From Octopus sinensis (Eukaryota), in assembly GCF_006345805.1 (NCBI RefSeq), contig NC_043008.1:9300001-9364000 (forward strand): a stretch of 64,000 nt of DNA, read 5' to 3'. Shown here one piece after another: positions 1 through 11,400 of this stretch; position 1 is the first letter of the stretch; every line of letters begins with the position of its first letter. The notes under the pieces are model-generated. The model had not been told where the DNA came from, did no database searches, and saw only the letters and a list, made by a program, of their open reading frames with translations. A program made the translations under genes and the position numbers.

Positions 1-540
1 TCACGTGATGTAAACTAAACCGTTACTAGTGTGATCTGTGAAATGCCTACATCCATGGTCGTGTGTGGTGCTTGTGCAAATAAACCGAATTCTAGCGTTG
101 TACGTGTTTATAAGCTGTAGATCTGTGTTCGATACCATGTGTCACATGTATAAGTGAACTTAGATCTTTATATTTTATCTTTGTGTGAATTTTACGTTGA
201 ATGTTTGAAGTTATAAATGTACAAATATTGCACTTCCAGAAAAATTTTTATGTCCCTGTTAGATGATTGCATATATATGATATAAGTATATATACGTAAG
301 TAAATGTGTGTGTATATTCGTTCGCAAGTGCGTATTCATCAGCTAAAGACTTTAAATGCTTGTTTCTGTTGCTTTTGTATATAACAACAACGGTGAATAG
401 CAACAGATGCTACAAGCGATATGGGAGGTAACTCTAACGGGACTTTGGGATTTCAAAAACAAAAAAAATGTCATTCTGTGTCTCTATTAAGATAGCCTAC
501 CTAATGCATTATGATAAGCCTATGTTATCTCTTTATATTC

Positions 541-1057
541 TTCCCGGATCTATTTGATCTTCTTACGTTTTTTCTTTTTCGGGTGGCTGCAGTGGTGAAC
601 CTGGAGCGCTTGAGTTGGGGCGGTTCCCGTTCAAGTAACCTATTTCTTTACTACCCACAAGGGGCTAAACACAGAGGGGACAAACAAGGACAGACAAACG
701 GATTAAGGCGATTATATCGATTCCAGTGCGTAACTGGTACTTAATTTATCAACCCCGAAAGAATGAAAGGCAAAGTCGACCTCGGGGGAATTTGAACTCA
801 GAACGTAGCGGCAGACGAAATACCTATTTCTTTACTACCCACAATGGGCTACACACAGAGGGGACACACAAGGACAGACAAACGGATTAAGTCGATTATA
901 TCGACCCCAGTGCGTAACTGGTACTTAATTTATCGACCCCGAAAGATGAAAGGCAAAGTCGACCTCGGCGGAATTTGAACTCAGAACGTAACGGCAGAGG
1001 AAATACTGCTAAGCATTTCGCCCGGCGTGCTAACGTTTCTGCCAGCTAGCTCGCCTT
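541..1057 (-). mobile_element. tRNA-derived SINE family A, tandem partial plus full copy with 3' extension
   Basis: Body GTCGACTTTGCCTTTCATCCTTTCGGGGTCGAT..AAGTACCAGTT and B-box GAGTTCAAATTCC on the minus strand; flanked by a 40-bp direct repeat (501-540 / 1058-1097). Confidence 0.85.
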
Positions 1058-1649
1058 CTAATGCATTATAATAAACCTATATTATCTCTTTATATTCATA
1101 GAAGCCACAAGCTAAACACTTGATGTGGCCAAACAAATTGTAGGGGTTTGCATTTAACTTTACTAAATGTAGGGTCATTTCTCGTAGAATTAGTATTTTG
1201 ATAACCAGTTAAATGCTTAGTCGTAATAAATCTCTTATGGTTTTGAAATACTTTAATTGTTGAAGTTGTTTTTCAGACCAGGTTATGCAGTTTAATCTAT
1301 ACGTCAATAATGGGACGATCTAAATGTTATATATACATAAGCTGCAAATTTATTGGAGGCTTTATCATAATTATTTCAATTTGTTTTGAACAAGCAATCG
1401 ATTAAAATATACATGTACTCAATAAAAAAAAATTATGAAAAGAAAACAAATGTTTATGCATCTTAAAAATATGACAGAAAAGTAAATTTTTGCATTAAAA
1501 AAAGTTAAGGGGAAAGAACTCTTTATTTTTGACGATTTCAGCAAAGAAGCCTTTATCATAGAGGCAAAAATCCATTTCCATCAGCGACCAGCGAGGGCCC
1601 TCGATGAATTTCGATCTTTTGAGGGCCTCTTCAATGGTATGTACACACA

Positions 1650-1830
1650 CACACAGCCAACAGGTGGACTCGCACAGCTGCCGAGTGGTATCAAAGACCA
1701 TTTGGACGACTTCTGCCGCGATGGGAAGGATATTTAGTTAAGCGATTTGGGTCAGGATGGAAAAGAACGACGCAATCAAAACAGAAGTGGAAGCGCATTG
1801 TGACCAGCGATGTATAACGACACCTGATGT
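1650..1830 (+). mobile_element. RTE-clade LINE C-terminal fragment
   Basis: Translates NRWTRTAAEWYQRPFGRLLPRWEGYLVKRFGSGWKRTTQSKQKWKR, the RTE-type RWT..W..RP.GR...RW tail. Confidence 0.55.
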
Positions 1831-2391
1831 CTAATTAATAGTGTGATGTGTGCGTGTGTGTGTGTGTGTTTCTTTGAGTTTGTGTCTGTTCCTACCACCC
1901 CTACCGCTTGACAGCTGGTGCTGGTTTGATTATGTCCCCGTAACTTAGCGGTTCGGCAAAAGATATTGATCGAATTAACACCAAACTTAAAAACAAAATC
2001 AGAACTGGTATCGATTTATCCGACTAAATTCTTCAAGACGGTTCCCCAGCATGTCTGCACTCTAATAACAGAATCAAATAAAAAAAAAATAAATCCAATT
2101 TGTTCGCTGGAAGTCCCTGTGTGACAGTGGTCATCATGCGAGACTCTTCTCTTCTATTGAATAGTTTTGTTTACTCAAAATATTTCTTGCGTCCAGACTT
2201 TCAGGTGAGATTATTTATTATTTAACGGGATTCAAATAACGGGATTCCAGCTTTTCTGTTATATATATATATGTGTGTGTGTGTGTGTGAACTTTATTTG
2301 TCTCTCAGATCAGTTGATGTGAAAGAAAATAGTAATCGTTATAAACGAAAGGAAACATTTCAAGCCAGAAACCCATCCCCAATGTTGTATA

Positions 2392-2592
2392 TATTTCTTT
2401 ACTACCCACAAGGGGCTAAACACAGAGGGGACAAATAAGGATAGACAAAGGGATTAAGTCGATTACATCGACCCCAGTACGAAACTGGTACTTTATTTAT
2501 CGACCCCGAGAGGATGAAAGGCAAAGTCGACCTCGGCGGAATTTGAACTCAGAACGTAACGGCAGACGAAATACTGCCAAGCATTTCACCGC
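2392..2592 (-). mobile_element. SINE family A copy with target-site duplication
   Basis: Same body as 640-1050; flanked by CCCCAATGTTGTAT on both sides. Confidence 0.85.
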
Positions 2593-3395
2593 CCCAATGT
2601 TGTATTATGTTGATCACGAATTGTAATAAGCTTACTTTATTAGCATTACAGATTATTAGAAACCTCTTTGAATGATTCACGTTGAACAGGGAGGGAGTGA
2701 ACAAGAGTTCTTGTTTGTTGTCATATCAAAAAAAAAGGGGGTGGGTAAAAAGCCCCTTCAGTCATGAACGACCATAAGATTGCCCCTAGAAAGTTACCCT
2801 CCGAGGCACAATTCCGGGCAAGGTTACCGATGTCATCCAAGGGAAAGACAAAGGTCGATACAGCTTGGCACCAGTGACATCACAACTCATTTCTACAGCT
2901 GAGTGAACTGGGGCAACGTTAAGTAAAGAGTCTTGCTCAAGAACACAACATGCAGCCCGGTCAAGTAAAGTGTCTTGCTCAAGAAGCTTGTTATAATAGT
3001 TTTAATATCAGTTTCTACGTACTTAGATAGATCTGGAGTATGTTATCACGACACTCCTTGATGGGGTTGCTAGTCTGAGTTACAAGTAGCACATCTAGTT
3101 TTAATCCCAGTTAACAGAAAATTGTTCTGATTCTTAGTTTATTAAAATCTTAGTTTATTAAAATCCCTTAATTTATTACTCACTTTTTGACAAGTTGTGG
3201 TGCACCTGAGCACTGTATACAATAATTTCATTATTATTAAAATCTGTTAGTTTTATCAATTTGTAATTTTATAACTGTGAAAGACATTTTACCTTTTTCT
3301 GATTGAAGCAAAATTGTCTGTGATGGTTCTCATGTTCAATTCTTTATACTTCCACAGTTTTTATTTCATTTTGTAGGCGATGTCATATTTATACC

Positions 3396-4828
3396 ATGAC
3401 TAAACCAGAACACACGCCTTTCCCATCGCCTGAAAGAGCTATATATGGATTTGCTCTCTATCTGGGATCTTTCATCTGTATTGGTGAGTCTACTTCCATT
3501 TTGCAAACAGGCTAATTGTCTGTTTCTTTACTAATTACAATCTGATTTCCAGTTTATTATTGTGTATATTGAGTATCAGACAAACTGTCTTGTGCTAGTT
3601 ACATTCCATTGCATTCTGGGTTCAAATCTTGATGAGATCATCTTTGTCTTGTTTGTTGTCATATCATAAAAAAAGGGTAAAAAGCCCCTTCAGCCATGAA
3701 TGACCATAAGATTGCCCCTAGAAAGTTACCCTCCGAGACATAGACACTTTCCTTCTCCTCCTATACAGTGGGGGATGTGTTCAGACACATAAACTGAAAG
3801 AGAGAGGGTGGAAGGAGGGAGGAAAAGAAAGGGTGAGAGAATGGGGGAGGGAGGTGAGGAAAGAGAAAGTGGTGAAGAGAGAGAGAGAGAGAGAACAAGA
3901 CAAACTTTAAAACATCTGATGTCAAATAAGTCAGCATCGACTCATCAGTGCCAAAACATCTCTTACACCAAAACGTTGATGTGTCACAAGTTTGCTGTGA
4001 TGAATGAAAGGCCGGTTCCCACTTTGTGTTGCACAGATATAAGCCCTGAATATATTTCCTCAAAGAAACCTTGTGTGGTCCCTTATACAATCTGTGTTTA
4101 TATATTTCTCTATTTTCAGTCCTTTACATCGGCTGGGCCTTTATTCCCGACAGTTACCTCCATTCTGCAGGATTAACGTATTATCCCCAAAAGTAAGTAC
4201 TGTTGATTGATTTTTATTTGTGTTCTTATAAGCAATGTCAGTTCCTGGTTAAAATGGCTCCCCTCACCTGAGACTCTGTTTCTACCTACAACCAGTCTTA
4301 GGCAAGTTATGTGTACATCACAACTTCCACTTTACATTGAAGATAGTAAAGCTTATCAAATGACACTGAATTTCTTACTCTTTCAACAAATACTTGTTTG
4401 CTGTGCTAATGTGTTTATCGCTTGAAGAATTGCACTGGTATGAAACTTGACACAAGAGACAAACTCTCAGTTTCATTTTCAATATATATATATACATATG
4501 CTGAGAACCCCTTCGGTCATGACTGACTGTGGCATTGCACCTAGAAAGTTACCCTCCCAGGCACAAGTCCGGGCAAGGTTGTTTATGGAAGACCAACAGT
4601 CGCCCATGCATACCAGCTTCCCCTCTCTTTGCCACCAGTGTTATCCAAGGGAAAGGCAGATACAGCTTGGCACCAGTGACATCGCAACTCATTTCTACAG
4701 CTGAGTGAACTGGAGCAACATGAAATAAAGTGTCTTGCTCAAGAACACAACATGCAGCCCGGTCCGGGATTCCAACTCACAACCGTAAGCTTGACGCTCT
4801 AACCACTGAGCCATGTGCCTTATATATA

Positions 4829-4859
<31 letters not shown>

Positions 4860-5182
4860 CATATATACATATATATATACATATGCATATATAATAATAA
4901 ATATTAGGGAATAAATCCAAATTTACAGGGAAAAAATCAGATTTAGGATTAAATCGATTTTATAGTAAAATATTATAAAATATTATAAAATATTATAAAA
5001 TATTATTAGAGACAAAACCACTATTTCCTTGTTTGTTTTGCAAAATAGTGGTTTTGTCTCTAATAATATTTTACATATGCATATATATATATGTATATAT
5101 ATGTATATATATGTATGTATATATATGTATATATATGTATGTATATATATGTATATATATGTATTATATATATATATATATG

Positions 5183-5235
<53 letters not shown>

Positions 5236-6209
5236 ATATTTCGGAATGGTCATATTGCCAGTTTAGCCAATAAATCTTGCACAACAAATATTTAAACGTT
5301 ATATATATATATATATATGGCTGTGTGGTAAGAAGCTTGCTTCCCGACCACATAATTCTGGGTTCAGTCCCAATCATTTATGAACTCCCAGTCCTGAGCT
5401 ATGGTTAATCATTTATGAAAATATCATTTTCGTCCATGATCAACTTTACGATTTTTTCTGATGAGATTGGAGGGTAATCAATCTTTTTCCTGCTCAACAG
5501 TTTTAGAAAAATAAATCTTAACGTATTACTGTTTCATGATGTATTTTTATTTTTCTTCTTTCAAGGTACTGGGCTGTTGCAATTCCTGCCTATATCATAA
5601 TGATCGTTCTTCTTGGCTATTTAGCATATTTTGCCTTTGTTTTTATAAGCACAGAAAACTTAGACTCCCTCAATACCATCACCGGTAAGAAATACTTCAT
5701 TAATACAAATAATTAATCAAGTCTTGTTTTGTCAAGTTTGTCTCCAGGGTGAAAGTTTCTGTAGTTTGTATGCTGTCATTAGTGTTGGACACTGATCAAA
5801 GCCCAGATCATCATCATCATTTAACATCTGCTTTCCATGCTGGCATGAGTTGGACGGTTTGACTGAGGACTGGCAGGCCAAGAGGCTGCACCAGTCTCCA
5901 ATCTGATCTGGCAAAGTTTCTACAGCTGGATGCCCTTCAAAGTCAACCACTCCGAGAGTGTAGTGGGTGTTTTTTTACGACCACACTCAAAAGGTGCATG
6001 GGATCCAGTCCAGCCGCACTGGCAATGACCATGCTTAAACGATGATTTTCACGTGCCGGTAGGCGACACTGGTAACAATCATGCTCGAATGGTGCTTTTC
6101 ATGTGTCACCAGCATGGGAGCCAATCTGTGGCCCTGGCAACGATCACGCTCGGATGTGCTTTCAACATTCCACTGGCATGAGTGCCAATACATATTGGCT
6201 TTTAACTCC

Positions 6210-6250
<41 letters not shown>

Positions 6251-6892
6251 CGTAAATATAAGAGAGTGACCACTATGTGGTCGACTCTAACACTAAAAAT
6301 AGATCCGCTACGGTTTCAACCACGAAGAATTGTTTCCGATGAAAGTTATCACAACTATTAGCATAAACGAACAGGGCAAATAAAAAATAACAAAAATGCA
6401 GATTAATTCTGGACAATTGTTTCGCTATTAATAAATTATGTAATTTTACTCACATAACATATCTGTAGCTCCTCAGCAGAATTTGTCTAGAGTACAATTT
6501 ACTCAACCGCATCTATTTTTAGTGCTAGAGTCGATCACATAGTGGTCACTCTCTTATATTTACGTATAAACTTTATTGTATTCCTGGTTTTTATGCACTA
6601 AGCCACTTGGTGTTAAATTGATGGTACTATTAAATTAGTATCCAATTTTCTCACCCTTATTAGTTGATTATATATATATATATTTATATTTATATACAGA
6701 ATGTTTTATTACAGACAATGATATTAAAAGGAAGCCTGCTTTACTTTCCTTTTCTTGTTTTCTTTTGCAGACAAATACGCTTTGTGCAAAAATGAAGAAA
6801 ATATTGTAGAGAATTCCATACCAAATATTTATGACTTAAGTGTTTCTGAAGTAACTAGAAAATATTATTTAAATGGAGAATCATTTAATTAA
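3396..6892 (+). CDS. PIGP: Phosphatidylinositol N-acetylglucosaminyltransferase subunit P (GPI-GnT subunit), 4 coding exons, 133 aa
   Basis: Exons 3396-3483, 4120-4192, 5566-5684, 6771-6892, all GT-AG with matching phases (402 nt). Translation [64 protein letters not shown]...[17 protein letters not shown]...[13 protein letters not shown] matches the PIG-P family (PERAIYGF, LTYxPQKYWAVAxP). An acceptor at 3375-3376 implies an unlocated upstream non-coding exon. Confidence 0.95.
4500..4820 (-). mobile_element. tRNA-derived SINE family C (further copies at 2750-2985, 3670-3740, 14770-14920, 46135-46480, 60275-60505)
   Basis: Head GGCTCAGTGGTTAGAGC..GTGAGTTGGAATCCCGGACCGGGCTGC followed by GTGTTCTTGAGCAAGACACTTTATTTCA..CCAGTTCACTCAGCTGTAGAAATGAGT. 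Confidence 0.8.
4885..5062. repeat. AT-rich dispersed repeat ending in a ~28-bp hairpin (relatives at 38680-39090 and 46530-46790)
   Basis: AATATTAGGGAATAAATCCAAA.TTACAGGGAAAAA shared between copies; ATTATTAGAGACAAAACCACTATTT...AAATAGTGGTTTTGTCTCTAATAAT fold-back. Confidence 0.55.
5810..6200 (-). mobile_element. RTE-tail SINE/LINE 3' end family D with (GAT)n tail (further copies at 12910-13245, 15105-15360, 21350-21850, 44060-44300, 48700-49080, 58410-58575)
   Basis: Shared TTTCTACAGCTGGATGCCCTTCCTAACGCCAACCAC and CATCATCATCGTTTAACGTCCGTTTTCCATGCT segments. Confidence 0.75.
6249..6566. mobile_element. ~315-bp element with ~55-bp terminal inverted repeats carrying the intact HHR (Penelope-like/retrozyme-like non-autonomous element)
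   Basis: TACGTAAATATAAGAGAGTGACCACTATGTGGTCGACTCTAACACTAAAAATAGAT at the left end and its near-perfect reverse complement at the right end; located in PIGP intron 3. Confidence 0.7.
6405..6483 (-). ncRNA. Type I hammerhead ribozyme motif, core intact
   Basis: Minus strand: AAUUCUG-CUGAGGA-GCUA(~38 nt)UAGC-GAAAC-AAUU-GUC-CAGAAUU. Shows a 7-bp stem I, the CUGANGA and GAAA core, a G-C closed stem II, a short stem III with palindrome ACAAUUGU and a GUC cleavage triplet. Confidence 0.85.
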
Positions 6893-7016
6893 TAAAACTA
6901 ATTTAAAACAGAGACCAATGAGTTCATATTTAAATCTTCACAGGTAAACACCATTACCTCCGGTTATACAATGAACTAATGTTCTTTTCACCATCTAACA
7001 GCATTCATGGTGTTAA

Positions 7017-7239
7017 CCCTTTTGTTACTGTATTTATTTTGAGATGCTCTGTGTTTCTTTCAATTTCTTTAAATATAACAAAGAATTTAGTAAATTAAAT
7101 TTATCTATCATTCTGCTAGTGTTAGGAACGTAAATTGTGACTAAGGTTTGGTGGAAGATTTTAATTCAAAACTTAACGAAAACAAGACATTTGTTTCTCA
7201 GAGCTAGAGCCAGTTTCAGCCGGGTTGGTAATGAAAGGG
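7017..7239. mobile_element. piggyBac-type MITE (~225 bp); other copies at 25443-25600 (partial) and 49712-49931
   Basis: TTAA|CCCTTTTGTTAC...GTAATGAAAGGG|TTA termini; CCC..GGG ends with a TTAA target are typical of piggyBac. Confidence 0.75.
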
Positions 7240-7242
7240 TTA

Positions 7243-7459
7243 TGTAAGGTGGCGAGCCGGGCGAAATGCTTAGCGGTATTTCGTCTGCCGTTACGTTCTG
7301 AGTTCAAATTCCGCCGAGGTCGACTTTGCCTTTCATCCTTTCGGGGTCGATTAAATAAGTACCAGTTACGCACTGGGGTCGATGTAATCGACTTAATCTG
7401 TTTGTCTGTCCTTGTTTGTCCCCTCTGTGTCTAGCCCCTTGTGGGCAATAAAGAAATAG
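7243..7459 (+). mobile_element. SINE family A inserted at the MITE end
   Basis: Full head to tail; 15-bp duplication GTAATGAAAGGGTTA at 7228-7242 and 7460-7474. Confidence 0.85.
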
Positions 7460-8433
7460 GTAATGAAAGGGTTAATTTAGTAAACCACAAGAGCAGTACA
7501 GTTAGCAAGTAACTGAAGAATGTGAGATTAGGAACAGTTTGTTCTTTAGATTCTGTGTCTAAATGCTAATAAATAAATTGTTGTTCATTCACTCTAAGGT
7601 AAATATAAGAAGCTTAGTAAGTTACTGGGAAGACATCAGTTCATTTTGCTAGTACAACCCTATAAAAATTACTTGAGTTACCAAAAGATGTTACTGTAAA
7701 GTTGAGGTGTCAAACAAACTGAATTGAATTTTTGATATTTCATTTAGCAAGACATGACCATTGAATAGTCTTGTTTTCTATAAATCTGGAACCTTTAATT
7801 AAATCTGAACTTGTTGGAGATTATCTCTTTTACTTGTTTCAGTCATTTGACTGTGGCCATTCTGGAGCACCGCCTTTTAGTCGAACAAATTGACCCCAGG
7901 ACTTATTCTTTGTCCACCACATCGCTTTCGCCAACCCTGAAGGGGAGCTGGGGCAATTGCTTCGTAGATGAATTCTCCTGGTTGACAATAGAGGGCATAA
8001 ACAAAGGCATTAGAAGTTCAGCTTCTTAAATAAGTATCAAGAATAGATTAAAGTTCATTCTGTTGATTACAATTATTGTTAAACTGATGAAAGACAAAAT
8101 CTGAAATCAGAAAGGTAAAACAATAAAAAACAAATTCATGCTTGAAGCCATCATGGCTGCATTAAATACAACAACAATATCATATTTTATTTGGGTTATT
8201 TACATCATCTTCTCTGGGAATGTTGAGAGGCCGTAAGTATTCTGGGTGATATTTTGATCTTTTGGTCAAATTGTCTTACATTTTGCTGGTTGGAGTACCA
8301 TGCCAGTTGGTCAGGCCATTCTAGTGTCAGAAAATAATCAGTCATTCAAGAATAGCAAAAAAGAACAATGACTGTTGACAGTTTCTGGTTTCATCAGAGA
8401 TTTTAGTTTTGTAGCTGAATGAAACACATGTCC

Positions 8434-11400
8434 TTACATTCCCATTCCTGCACGTTCTGATTGCTCAATACAAGCCTGAAGATTTGTTTCAAAAAGATTA
8501 CACCTGAAATAAATACAAATACATAGATTGAGACAAATGTTCATACAAAGTAACCATCTTCATAACACTGTAACAAAATTTTAACTTTTGGTGGGGCTTT
8601 GGTCATTAAGTGTGAGCAATCAGAGGAAACGACTACTATTCCCTTTAAATTTTGCTTTTATGACCTAATATCAATATTTTGAAACTGATCTATTTTCCAC
8701 TAGCAGTATTGCCTGGTGTTGCTCAGGTTTGTTTCAACCCTTTAGAATTGGAATTTTTGAAAAGTAAAAATTCTGCATTATGTAGCTTTTTATTCTCTTT
8801 AAGGGAACATTTTTTTGGTTGAAATACACCGAAAAATGGCGACACAGCAGTCAAAAAATCGTGAAAAAAAATAGGGATTTTCATAGAAAAAAAGTGCCTT
8901 TTTGATGTAAATAATTTTTGGTGTTAACATGGTCTGATTTGAATGTTTTCTTCTACGGAAGGAAGAGCAAGCCTTCTTCTATCATACTCTCAACTTGTGC
9001 CGCAGGGTCTCGGAGGAGATAGTGTTAGTTGAAGGCTACCAAATCTGCCACACATACAGACAACTTCAGCTTTATATATAGAGAGATTACATTTCAAACA
9101 GGCTCAGGACTGAATTGCTGAAGCAGAAATATCGTTACAGCAAATATTCTGCTCAGTACCACAGATTTGCTTGACTTTAACCACTTGAGCATGTCCCTTA
9201 GTGGCTGACAATATGTGCATCTCTGATCATGAGCAGGAATACTTGGGGAGCATCATAACCATGTGCTGAGAGGGATTCTTTGGGGTTTGAATAAATGGAA
9301 CAAAAGCAAAGTTTGAAGGAAATAGTAGCCATTTTTCATAGTTTCTAGGGGTCAGCTAAAAACAACAGTCGCTACCCAAGGACAAAAATCGTGTTGCATA
9401 GGGTGATAAAAACTTGTTGCATCAGCACAGACCATCAGTTTATATGGGAGGATATATGAAACTATCAGAATATACAGTGGCAAGCTGGCAGAAACGTTAG
9501 CATGCCGGGCGAAATTCTTAGTGGTATTTCGTCTGCCGCTACATTCTGAGTTCAAATTCTGCCGAGATCGACTTTGCTTTCCATCCTTTCGGGGTCAATT
9601 AAATAAGTACCAGTTAGGCACTGGGGTCGATGTAATCGACTTAATCCGTTTGTATGTCCTGGTTTGTCCCCTCTGTGTCTAGCCCCTGTGGGCAGTAAAG
9701 AAATACGAAACTATCAGAATATTACTGATACAGTTCTGCCATCAATCCCAAAGAATTGAAAAGCAATGTCGTCAATTCTAACAGAATTTGATATTTAGAT
9801 TTAAGGGGAGGCAAATAAGCATTGCAAACATTTCATTCGGTGATCAATTACACTTTTATTTTTTTTTTTTACATTTCTACTCAAAGGCTGTGGCCATGCT
9901 AGAGCACCAATTAATAATGGTTTCTTACATTGGTATATTCAATTGATAACTCTGTGCCACAGAGATACTCATCAAGCAGACATGGCAAAGACAATTTAAT
10001 GATTCAAGAAATACTTGGAAACCAAGGTTTAGATCACAACCTTCACATTGAATATATTTTCAAACAACTAAAACATCTTAATTGTATACCTATCAACATC
10101 ACCTTCATTTTCTATGTCTGGTTTTCTATGGCTGATTGAGTCAGATGGATCCTTTACTGTACGACAGGTCACCAAGTGTGGCTGTCTTTTGTCATTTTCC
10201 ATACGAAGTTACTTACAGGTTGAGCCGGCTTCTTCTCTGGTCCTAACAGCATCACAAACCATGGTGGCCCACGCTCGACGGTCACTGGAGACAGCGAGCC
10301 ATTCACGGTTCCATCTGCGCAGACCGACCACCAGCGGACTGCACAGATGGAACCGCGAATGGCTTCTTCTATGAATCCTACTACTACCATACGAAGTTCA
10401 ACATCATAAGATCTACTTCCGTCCTTGTCTTCCAATTCCTTCCACTTGGATCTTTTGGCATTTCTCTATCCATCTCTTATTATCCACACATATTACTTGT
10501 GTGCAACAATAGTCATCTCTCTTACACACAGCATCTGATTCCTCTTATGCCCAGTTTTTCTTCCAGCATATTTGTATCACATCACACTTCATCTCTCTCC
10601 AGCCTTGGCACACACAGCCACTGTGTTCATATTCAATATCCAGATATCACTACCATACAACATTAAAATTCACACACAGGCAATTTATGATCTACCCTTC
10701 ACTCAAAGAAAGAAATTCCTTGTTATCAGCAGATGTAAAACCTCCCTGAACTGTTTCCATCTTGTTCCTATCCTGGTTACTATGCTTTCAGAGCATTCTT
10801 CTTCTCCATGGCTGATTAGATTGCTCTCATTGCAAAAGCAATCAACGACGTCTAATGGAGCTTTCCAAGTATTGAAAAGAATTCTAGTGATGTTCTGTGC
10901 AGGAGGGCAGAAACTACAGGTAAGACCTGACTCAGACCAGAACCCATCCAACATATACCAGAATAAAAACATAGACACAATATGCTGCTGATTGGATAAG
11001 GAATCTGGAATTCGTTATTGGCAGAATCTAGTCAGAACCACAGATAACTTTTATAGAAAGTAGTTCTGTCGTTAACAGATGTATACCACAAACGAACTCA
11101 CTGTAGTAAAGATTGTTTGCCAACATAACATGGCAGTCCTGGTTTAGGACTAATGTTGCTGTAATTTAGCCCCAGGAGACATTGTCTCCAGTTTGGCTAT
11201 ACAAAACAATCTGTGTCCTTACATTTTCGAACAAAGGAACCTAGCACCCCCACCCAGCTCAAAACAATATCTGTGTATCGCGATTTCTGAATTATTTCCT
11301 TTCATCACCTAGATTGATTCCCATGTTCGAAAATACAAGGACGGATCGTGTCGTATAGCCAGCTGGAGACGATGTCTCCTGGGGCTAAATTACAGCAACA

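Noticed and set aside
1-8. TCACGTGA E-box at the window edge as a possible PIGP promoter element
   Set aside because: The transcription start is unknown and the context is cut off; a single motif is not enough.
6295-6365. Possible second, decayed HHR tandem to the intact one (GAAAC-C-GUA-GCG)
   Set aside because: The CUGANGA core reads CUAAUAG; too degenerate to call.
8083-8115. CTGATGA...GAAAT on the plus strand
   Set aside because: Only a 3-bp stem II, with no suitable NUH site or stem I.
8372-8400. CUGAUGA-AACCA-GAAAC-U-GUC on the minus strand in the TRAPPC4 3' UTR
   Set aside because: No stem II and no stem I pairing; probably a chance match.
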